DNA from: Rhizaria sp. SCN 62-66
Lineage: Eukaryota
Direction: 5' to 3'
Assembly: GCA_001724265.1 (NCBI GenBank)
Contig: MEDY01000030.1
Coordinates: forward strand, 1-64,000
Length of the DNA: 64,000 nucleotides
The notes beneath the pieces are model-generated. The model saw only the letters and a program-made list of their open reading frames with translations, made no database searches and had not been told where the DNA came from. The stretch's first letter is position 1, and each line of letters begins with the position of its first letter. Shown in pieces: positions 36,701-47,600 of this stretch. Both the position numbers and the translations under genes were made by a program.

Positions 36701-39673
36701 CCAGCAAAGGGAGTGAACTCGAAGTAACGCGAGTTGGCACCGCGCGACGTGACACCATAGCGGGTGATAGTGCACGCCACGCCACCAAAGGTCACAGTAG
36801 GAACACCGAGGTAGACGTACGGCGACGGCAAGGTCAAGATGATACCCTGATTAGCGTTCATCACACTGGTTGCAAGCGTGCCCGCAGTGTTGTCAATACT
36901 GTGGACCAGCTCCACCGTAAGATTGGTCACGGCACCGTAGGTGTGGACCGCAGGTGCGGTAACCGTCAGACTCGACTTAGTCGAGGCAAGGGCGACGACA
37001 TTGACAGTAACGACGAAGCGGTGGACCGTAACCCAGCTATTGGTGCCCGCGTCAATCATAAACTCGACGATAAGCTCACTCGCCTGGGGTTGGTAGTGGC
37101 CCGGCATCTGCGCGAAGCCCATGATGTTGATGTTAGGCTGCGTCGAGGTAGGCGAGCACGAAACTAACTGCATCTCGACGTGCCGCAGTGCAGCGCTGGT
37201 GGTCGTCACAGTGCCGACACACGTGTTCCAGCCGCCAGTAGCACTCAAGCTGAACGTCATGTTTGCCTCGGCAGTCGTGCGCGAGGGAAGCATGAAGAGA
37301 ATCTTGCGCGCACCAGAAAAGGTGGCATAATTGGCCGGGAGAGTGGTGGGCGTGATGGTGAGGTCCTTAGCGAACTGCATCGTCACACTCACGGACGTCG
37401 CGTCAGACGCAGGCTGCAGCGAGAAGGACGACGGCGGCGCGCGGCCGATCTCGACGAGAGTGCCGGCGGTGTTCTTCACGGATAAGATGGGGATGGTAAG
37501 CATGTTGACGAGCAGTGGACGGATGTCGAGAGGGCACTCAATATAGTAGATGTACGCGTTGCCGGCGTTAAACGCCGCAGGGACGTCGGAAGTGGTGGGG
37601 GTGATAGTGCAACCCGTCGAGTCGCCACCATCAATCGTCACCGCCATTGTCGCGCTGCCGGCTGGAAAGAATGACCCTGAACCGAGTCCCGTGGAGACAC
37701 TGATAGACTCAGAGCGCCACTTGCTGCCAGTCACGGAGATCAGCGGGCGCGCGGGCGTGGGCGCGGGGAAAGTGAAGGGCGACAGCTGGGGGAAGCTGAC
37801 GACACCACTGGCGAAACCGCGGCTGAAGAGTTCGGCAGCCGTACCAGTGCGGAGCAGCTGAACCTGGATGTCGTACGGGTTGAACTGAACCAGGACCTTG
37901 GGCATCGTGATAGCAAGGGTCAGAGGCAACTTGCAGTTCGCAGCAACGTTGGCAGTTGACCCAGTACAACCTGTGAGACCATATGTGTAGTCCGCGACGA
38001 TGTAGCCGTTGTAAGTACCAGAAGCAGTCGCTGTGAGGGCTGTTCCGTTGACGGAGACAGTACCCATGTTATTCGGGATGATAATCGCGATACGTGCAGT
38101 CGTGTCGCTCATGTGAAACTTTGTAACATCGATCGTGAGAGTGAACGTAAAAACTCCACTGGTCGCCAAGAAATTGTACGTCAGACTCGTGGCCGCGGTA
38201 GGTGCGAGCGACACAGGCAGCTCGCCGTGGCGCGCAATGAAAGGGACAATACCCGCACCAATGGTGGCACCGAGGTCATCCAGGAGGGAGACGGTGACTT
38301 CGTACGTGTCGGCAGAGGACGGACACATGAAGAGGCCAGTAAGTGTCAGGGTCAGAGTGGACACAGTAAGGGAGGTCGGAGCAGTATACTTTAGGATCGC
38401 ATTGCTCACGAAAGATCCGGTAACACCCTTAGTAAGTGATCCGGTTACACCTGTGACTGCAATATTTGAAGTGATACTGGAGACCACGCGCATCGTTGGC
38501 GGAATATCAATGCGAATTGACGAGTGTGTCCGAGAGGTCGGAACAGTGAATATCACTGTAACCGCTGATTCAAGGCGTGCGCCGGAGATACAGTCGATAG
38601 CCGTGGTGGGCGTCGGCAGATCAACCGGGTCAAGCACCATGGGCAGCTCTGCCACCGCACTGGCGCCCGTGACGCCGATGATCGAAAGCGAACCGGGGTG
38701 GTATTGGTACGGGTTGGACGTGGCGCGGACGGCGACGTTGGCGACGCGGATCACGCACGGGTCGCATGTGAAGCTCGAGCTCGTTTTGAGTTTGAAGTTA
38801 AGCCGGATCATCGAAGATGACGTGTCGACCACGGCCAACGACGAGTGCCATTCAGTGAAGGTAGCCGAAGCGTCATTAGGGTACGTCAGTCCGAGCGCGG
38901 GCGTGCCCGAGGCTGTGAGAAGCTCCGGCAGCATCAGCGAGTAGCGGTTCTGATCAGTCGTGTTCTGCGAGGTAAAGAACGTAAAGAACGTGACCATGAC
39001 GCTGGTAGTCGTATCAGCGACAATCTTAGCGCCCGGGAAGATCTGAGGCACAACGAAGCCGTTCACCGTGTAGACGGTGTTACACGACTCATTCTCAAAG
39101 TACACGTTGAAGGCAACAGTCGTTCCAGGCGGAGGGTGCGAAAAGGCAATCGCCATTGTCACAGTCACGGTCGAACTGGGCACGGTACAGCTCAGGCCAT
39201 CGGTCATGAGGCCGGCGGCTTCGAGAGTACCGACTGGGCATGCAGTCGGAATCTTGAAGTAGTCGGTGACGATGAGCGGGAAAACACCCTCAACGCGGGC
39301 AACTTTTGATGCTGCACATGGTAAAGAAATTGATGCTAGAGAGACGTTCATATCGTACTTGACGTTAGTCGGAAGCGTCGGCGCTGTTGTAGGAGTTACA
39401 TACTAAACAAAATAAATATGAAGAGGAAGAAGCAAGATCATCCGAAAGAGGTCGTCAAAGGACAGGAGAGATGAGAATGAGACGTGAGTCGAGAAGCAGT
39501 TGTCAATATGGGACACAAGACCACATATAGATAACGTGTACGCGTGGTGCATGTATGCTTTTGTGCCAACGTACATTCGCTGTAGCGGCTGTAAAAGCAG
39601 CTTGGGCTGTCTGTGCTACCACCACGAGCCAGAGGCTCAGGGCGAGCAGAATTGGATAGAACTGCCGCCCCAT
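18790..39673 (-). CDS. Giant (~6,900 aa) cell-surface multi-pass membrane protein (exons 39673-39575 and 39402-18790)
   Basis: Signal-peptide exon MGRQFYPILLALSLWLVVVAQTAQA is spliced via GTACGT...TTTAG. Then S/T-rich beta repeats, two beta-propeller-like segments, 8 Sushi/CCP repeats, a Ca-EGF (DIDEC), IPT/TIG domains, CxxGxY Cys-rich repeats, a multi-TM region and an acidic tail. Ends in TAA. Confidence 0.88.
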
Positions 39674-41655
39674 TGTGAGGTTGAAAATCGCGTCTGTGCG
39701 AAACGGTGTGTGGCAAGAGCCAATCAATTACACGGTGCAGGACGCCTTCGAAGTCTGTTTGGTTGTCGCTTCTATCGGGGGGAAAGCGGGGCGGGGAGAG
39801 AACGAAAGAGCAAGTAGGGTGGGGAAGGTGTCTTGTGAGCGTCAAAAGCGGGAAGTTAAGACAGAGATGGAGGGAGTCGCTTGCATGGGGGGTAGACTGA
39901 GAGACGTTTAAGCGCTTGGCACTATGGCAAATATGCTTGCGTGGTTCGTGAGGCCGCAGAGGGGACCAGCAGCACGTTGGAAGGGCATGCCTACCCTCCT
40001 TTTGCTTGCCCCCTCGCCCCCGACATCCAGGCGAACAGCGTACGTCTAGTACGAGCATGAATTGCACTAGAAGACAAAACAGCATAAAACGTGCACCATC
40101 ACTTGATAGCACCAACTCTAGGGGTCGACAATGCCTCGATAACGCTTTTTTTTTAGAGGGGGCAGTCTGCTCTCGATCGCCAACCTGTGGAGGAAAGTTA
40201 AGCCGCTTGCCGGCGGGTTTTGAGCTTCTCAAGATATCCTTGTCTGTAAACTCAAGAGATCAAAATTTAAATACGCTTCCTTAAAGACCGTGTGTACGGT
40301 CCACGTTTTTTAACAGCATTCCGCTCATGGAACGCACGAATGCACGTGCTGTGAACATCTTTAGATTCTCCTCTAAACGACCGTCGGCCCCATCAAAATC
40401 ACGTTTCGGGACCCCGTGAGACATCAACGCTTTGAGAAAAGCTGTCTTATCCATAAAATATTGTCCAGCACTAAAAGCACAAATTGTATTCTTGTATAGT
40501 TGACAACAGTCGGGTTTACCGACTATACGGCTCTTTGTTTACACCCCTCCCCTCCTTTGCCCGGTCATTTCAGCCCTCGACAAAGTTGTCACCTTGAATG
40601 AGTTTAGTGTCGAGGCAAACTTTGCATTAAGAGTCATCTCAAAGATCAAGACTAACAGAAATATGACATAATATAACCGTAGACTCTTGTTAAATTGTCT
40701 TGCTATTTATGCAACGCAGTTTTTCTTTTGAAATTATATCCGTTTCATATGGGAAAAAGGGATCTCGATAAACTACGGTAAACAAGTGTGGCTACTATGT
40801 ATTGGCTTAGAGAGCCAAGAAGCGGAATTATTGAATCAACAGGAGATAATAATATTTTTCGTTAGGGGTTAAAACAGGTATTAAACATCAGGAACGCTGC
40901 TATGACAACATAAGATATTGTCAAAATCACACTTAAGCAAGCGGCGAGATGGAGAGGGAGGGGAGGAAGAGACATCACCGAGCACAAGCAGGGACGTTGA
41001 CTGGACGTTGTTTTGGCGTGCCTGTAAAACAATGAGACAAAGCGCGAACAGAAAAACAGCAGTCACAGCATCCCAGTTCGCAAGTTCGCATGCGTGTACA
41101 GTAATAACCTCACCTAATGCAGCAGGGTAGAGTCACAACGAACACATGAGCGCGCACAGATACATACGGTAATACAGCGGCAATTGAAGTAAATCAGCGA
41201 CAAGAAAAAGACGCATAAGCATTCAATCACCGCAATTTCCCCATTGAATAACAAATCAAATGAGCGCAAGAGTACTCAAAACGTCACACAGAGTAACATA
41301 ATAATCATGATTGCAGAAGAACGGGATGAGCTGGGGGAGGCGGACGAAATAGATAGATCACACACCAGTGTGCAATCAAAGATTGAGACAATAAAGCAAA
41401 CCATAAAACAAAAACTATCAAATCAACAAAATAACAAAATAACAAAAAAAAGCTCTTCTGCAACAAAGCATGCAGAGCAAGACACAGAGAAAAATGGCAC
41501 AAACAAAAACAGCACAACACACACCGAGCCAGCAGGCAGAGAAATACACACACAAGGAGTATCACTGACAACAGGCCACACAATACGTGTCTTCAATCAA
41601 TCTTACGAATACACAGCACACAACAGAGCAGAGGACAGCTTCGCGGTGTTTCAAT

Positions 41656-44600
41656 TTACCAGACGACGTCTTCCTGCGTACTGCCGACAGGCGGCCATTG
41701 CACGGTGTCGTCGGATGGGAACCACATCTTAACGGGAATCGCAAAAGAGCCCTTGACCATGAAAAGCCCGATGGGTTCCTGCTCTTCCTCGTCTTCGCCA
41801 GTGGAGCTTTTGACAGCTTTGGTCACCGTGTCGAGCGTCGTCGAGACCTGCTGCTGGTCGACGCGCCGCGGCGGTGGCGCGGGCTCAGGCGACATTATCA
41901 TCACGGTAGCCGGAACCTCACCGGGCTGCAAGAACAGCGCCGCAGTGTCATCGTCAATCTTTGGACTGCCCACGGCCCCGCTAACTGCCACTGCATCACA
42001 TGTGGCGTTACCAGAAGCAGCGCCCGTGGCTGCGCCAGAAGCTTCGCCGTCGTAGGCGTAATTGGGCGCCATCGGCTGCTCGCGGCTCTGGTCGCGCTGC
42101 ACGGCCGTCTTAAGCGCGGCTGCGGCGTTGGCAGCGCGGGCACCAAGTTCCTTGCCAACCATAACGTGACCGCGCTCCTCGAACACAAAGTCTTTTTCAA
42201 TCAACGACTTGGTGGCCTCAGACACGTGAAGGCGGTTCTTGACGCCGTGGCTTTCCATCTTTTGCGCCACGGTCACCGAGCGGCCGAAGAGGTGATAACG
42301 CGGCATCGTGCGTCCAACCACACCGGCCGTTACATATCCGGTGTGGATGCCCACGCGCAGGCCCATCGGTGGGATCGGCGGCAGCTCCGACTCAACGTCC
42401 ACTTTCTTGGTCTTTGCGCGCACACGGAAGAAGCCCGTTTTAGCGAGCTCACGGTCACGCTCACGCTCGGCCTTGCGCTCGCGCGCAGCGCGCTTGGCCG
42501 CGAGACGCATCTGCTTCGCGCGCTTCGATGCAAGCGGGTGTGGCAGCAGCGAGAGGAAAAAGACGATGTCCATGCCGAAGTGGACGAGATTGCGCGCGTG
42601 CTCACGCGCGGGCAGTGCTTCGAAGTTGGTAAGCGAGTGCACGATGCCTGCGCAGGCAAAGTAGCAGTCACCAATGGTCTCGACCTTGTAGATACTGCGG
42701 ATCGTGGCGCACTGATCAAAGACGGAAAACATGACGTTGAGAAACATGACAAGCTCCTCTGGCAACAGCTGCGCCGACATCGCAGTGAACGACACGACAT
42801 CAGCGAACAAGATCGACGCCGTCTCAAAGTGCTGCGCGAAGTTAGAGTTGTCCGTGTGCACAATCGTGAGCAGTACCTCGGGCGGCAGCATCTGCGACAG
42901 CAGGTACAGCGCGCGTCCCTCCTCGTGCACCGCACGGTGCGTGTTGATGTAGTTCGACCGGATGCCGCGCTCCGCCAAGTGCGCTGTGCGCAGCAGCAGG
43001 ATACAGGCCACCGCGACGAGCGCGATGTAGACGTACGTCGCATCGGTGGCGTGCATGCCGCCGTGGACGAGCATCGCGACGGTGAAGTGCACAAAGATAG
43101 TGACGGTGACAATAAGAATGCCGGGGAACAGTAACGTCGACTGCATCGACACGCAGACGAGCAAACTCAAGAGCAGCACAGCGCCGAGTCCGGTGTGCAG
43201 AATGTGTGAGAAGACCATAGCGACGATCAGAATGTGCGCGAAAACAAAGACGCCCAGTCCGACCAAAAACTGCAGGTGGTTCAGCATCCACGACCGCAGC
43301 AGGTTCATGCTAGTGGCTGCCGGCTCAGCCGGCTTGCTCTTGTTCAGATCCGCCGTGTTGAGCGTGATATTGCTTGTGCTAACAGTGTGGCCACCGGACT
43401 GCTGACTGGACGAGTTGTTGTTGTAGTTGCGCGACACGTTCATGTTAGTCACGGCTGAGTGCAGCGTGTACCCACGCAGATCCTGATTCTGCAGCTCGTT
43501 GCCCTGATTCATGATCCGGTGGTGCAACGACAGCGCATCGTTGTGATTCTGCAGCTTGCGCGCCGTCACCGTCAACACCACCACAGTGATGACGCCGAAC
43601 AGCAGCACGCCGCCCGACAGCGCAAAGGCGACGTCGTCGTCGGCCGTCGCGCTGATGACATAAATGCTCGTCGTGCCGAGCCCGATGTCGCGGGCGTACA
43701 GCGCGCAGAAGAGCGTGGCAAGCAGCGTGAAGCAGAGGACGAACACGCGCATCTGATCCGCGAATACTTCATGATACAGCAGTCCGAAACCAGCCTCCAG
43801 GTCCGAGACAAGGTCGTCGTCCATGTAGAACGCAGCGGCCGACTCTTTCTCAGCCTTCAGACGCGCCTCCTCGGCCGCACTCTGCGCCTGCGCCTGCCGC
43901 GCTTCTTCTTCGACGTCGCGCGCGGGCGGCGGCGGCGGCGGCTGCTCTTCGGGCTGCACAGTCTCATCCGCGTCATTCTGCGCACGCGCGCGCTCGAAGG
44001 CCTCCTGGATCATCTTGCGGAACTGCTGGTCATCGTCACCGTCGTCGCGGTACACGTTGCCTTGGTCGTCGACCTTGTCGCCCGCCTTGAGCTCTTGCTT
44101 CTTGGGCGCCGACTTGGCAGCGCGCTTAGACGTGTCTTCGTCGTCCTCCTCGTCTGCCTCGCCTGGTGCGACACCGCGCGCCGTGAGACGTTGGCGCTGG
44201 CGCTCGCGGATGCTGGCCTTGGAGCGGAAGCAGTCGAAAAACCAGCCCCAGAGCCCTTCGCCGTTGTGGTAGCGCAACAGCAGCGAGTCCGTCATTGCCT
44301 TCGGGTTGCTAGGGTACAGAAAGAAGTTCACCGGGTTAGTGTTGGCGTAGAACATGTGCGTTGCGCTGTCGGTCAGGGACGCCAGCGACGACGTCGAGCC
44401 GACAGAACCCGCAGAGGATACGGACTGCTCATCGTCATACCGCCTGCGCGGCGGCAGCGGCGAGGCATGAACAGTTGTCGCAGCGGCGGCCGCGGCAACA
44501 GCAGCAGCAGCAGCAGCAGCCGCGTCCGCGGGGTCGTCCTCGCTCACTATGAGCGGGGGCGCGTCCTTGTTCAACGGCGCCATCTCCACCGCGCCGCTCT

Positions 44601-47600
44601 TGCCAGCACTACCTTGACCAGCTGAACTGTGGCTGTGCGAGGCTGCGCGCGCGGTGGCGTTAGAGGCCACAGCCGCCTCTCTCGCGGTGACCGTGTCGCC
44701 GCCATTGATCGCCTCGATCAGCGCGCTGCCGCCGCCCAGGCGCTGTGCGGCGAAGATTTTGGCGTCCCACTCGAGGCCCTGTTCGTGCGTCAGCGGCTCG
44801 ATCACTGGCAGCGCGTCGGGCTCCTCAGGCGCGTCCACCAGCACAGCCGGCGTGTCCCCGCCCGCGATGCCACCGCGCGCCGACAGAGGCGTGGGCAGCG
44901 GCACGGGCTGCGTGCCGTCGGTGTTGAGCTCACTTTGGTCCGACGAGTGCACCTCGTTCAGCGCGGCCACAGCGCTGTCGCCGTCGGGCGCAAACGTCAC
45001 CACGTTGGTCGCGAACGTGAGCACGCGCGCGACCTGATGCGGCGTGTTCGGCGTGCCGGCAACCTGGCCAGGCAGCACCTCATCGGGCGTCAACGGCGAC
45101 TGCGCGGGCGTCGCGTCCGCAGATCCCGGCCCCTGACCGGGCACCGAGAGCAGGTTCGGCGTGCGGCGCATCGACTTGGGCGCGCCGCCCTTAAGCGAGT
45201 TGCCACCCGGTGTACCACCGGCGCCGCCAGCGCCACCGCCAGAGACGAAGCTCACCATGGGCGCGGGCGCAGAGCCCAGGCGGAGGTGCGCCATATCAAT
45301 CTGCGGCGGCGCAAAGGCGCCCTCGTGGCGCGCCATCATCGAGGCCGCGTGCCAGCGTGCAGACATGCCCGGCGTGCGCGTGCGCGCGGACATGTCGCCC
45401 GCGGAGTCGCGCGCGTAGTCGCCGACAGTGAGGGGGCCGCCAAGCATGCGTGTGCCGGTGTAGGGCGACGCGCCGACTCGGGCAAATTCTCCGCCGGCAC
45501 GGCGCTGGTGCTGGCGCAGCTGTGCCGACGCGTTGACAACGGCGTCGATGTCAATCGTGTTGTCATCGTTCATCAGACGCACGACTTGTTGTGGGACCTG
45601 TGAGCCGGCGGATGACTGCCGGTTCGTCGACAACGGCGTATAATTGACCGTGGGTTGTGGGAACGCGAGCAGCGACGACGGCGGGCGCGAGTTTGGAGAG
45701 TTCATGGCGGCCGGGTCAGTGGGTGGCAGCATCAGATTCTGCGGCCCCGTGATCTGGCCCAAAGCAGCAGTGCGCGGCGTGGCGCGGACAATAGGTGACG
45801 GCACGTAACCGTGCATCATGTTCGACTGCGAGCTCGCGACTGAGCCCGCGCCTGCGCCACTGGGCGGCATCGGCGCGACACGGTGGCGCGACGCCGACGG
45901 CGGTGGGTGCGGCGGAGAACTTGGCAGCAGCTTCGACGGATGCGGTGTTATGCCCGCGGCGGTCAGAGCGCTGCGCGCCGAGGGCTGGAACACGGGCGAA
46001 GCGCGGTCCGCGTCCGAGTTCGGCGGCGGCACCGTGCCGCCGCTTCCAGACTGGGAGTTGTCGAACATGATCACAGCGTCGGGGCCCGACGCGGCAGGGA
46101 CGCCGCGGCCGAGCCCGCTGATGGACGGCGATGCGTCGCGCGACATTCCCGGCACTAGCGAGCCCGTGGGCGCGAAAGAGGCCGGGAGCACGATCGTCGC
46201 GCCGCCAATAATGGCGCTATTGAGCTCCATGATCGCGCCCTGCGCCCCCGCGCCGCGGGCCGAGGCGAGGCCAGTGCTGCGCATACTGGAGCGCGGGGTC
46301 GGGAGCACACCGTGCCGCTGCGTCGCAGCCATACGCGCCGCGCTCAGCAGTGCACCAGTGCCGCGCGCAGACGCCGGGGGCTCCGCAGCGCTGCGCTGTT
46401 GCTCCATCCCAGTCCCCGTAGCCGCAGGGTTGACCGTGCGCACGTACGCGGGCGTGGAGAAGTGCGCCGACGCCGGCATCAGCGCCGAGTGCACAGCGGC
46501 AGCGCGGTTGCGTGCGGCAACACCAGCGCCGGCGAGCATGGCTTGCGTCATGCGCGCGCCGCCGGTGCGGATAACCGCGGGCGCGGTGGGCAGCACACGC
46601 TGGCCGTTGGCAGGCGTGCCGCTCGTGGCGCGCGAGGACATCGCGCCGCCGGCGAGGGCGTCGTTGAGCACCGAGTTAAGGTTGCCGATGACCCCCGCGT
46701 CGAGTATGCTGACAGGACTGCGAATGGCGTTGTGAGCTCCGGCGTCGAGGACGTTGCCGACAAGCGAGTCGCGGCGCCGCGCCATGCGGCCGAGGCGCAC
46801 AAAGGGCCGGAGCTCCTCGGTCGCGCCCGCGCCCATGGGGGAGTTCATGATGTTGGGCGAGCTCAGCATCGGCGAGCTGAGCATCGGCGACCCCATGGCG
46901 TTGAGCAGCGTGTTTGACGCGCGCGAAGACGTCGCGTGGCCCGACAGGCGACCCGCGTTGAGCATTGCGCCAGGCGGGGACTGCAGTTGGCCCTGCGCGA
47001 GGTTGCGGCCCTGCGACAGCGGCGTGCCCGACACACGGCGCGACCCCGACAGCGAAGTCGTCGACGTTGACGACTGGTGCCGCAGTCCTGGGATCGTAGG
47101 CGACGGCGCCCCCGCGCGCGAGCCCGTGATGGCAACCTGGTTCGCGGCCGCGGGCGACGGGTTCTGTAGCAACCGCGTGGTGCCCGTCACTGGGGTCGCC
47201 GACGCCGCGGGAGAGCCCAGGCGTGAGCTTACCGCGGGCGCGACGCCCACGCCGGTGCTGCTCGCAGTGCGCTGTGCGGGCGTCGGGGACAGCGGCGCGC
47301 CGGAGCCCGAGGGCAAGCCGCCGCGGCCGGGCGTCTGCCAGCGGCTCAGCGTGTGAGCTGACGCCAGCGATCCCGTCTCGACGTGGCCGTAGGCGTGAAA
47401 GGAGGTGCGCTGCCCGCCGGGGCTGCCCAGACCGGCGTTATGGGGGGGCGCCGAGATGGCCGCCTGGTGCGGGTGCGAGTACGCGGTGGGCAGCGGCATG
47501 CTCGCGGTTGTCATAACCGACTGGTTGAACCGCGGGTCTAGCGGGGGCATGTCCGTGGGAAGGCTGTTGCGCGCGGCGTTGCGCGGCGGTGAGAGGCCGC

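Noticed and set aside
39403-39405. In-frame TAG upstream of the giant ORF (likewise at 625-627, 823-825 and 16087-16089)
   Set aside because: These are phase-0 intron acceptors (TTTAG) with matching donors.
39700-41650. The 2-kb spacer as a possible site for a suppressor tRNA-CUA, ncRNA or small gene
   Set aside because: I saw no cloverleaf, T-loop GTTCRA with stems, or credible ORF by eye. It is probably UTRs and promoter, and a tRNAscan/Infernal run is needed.
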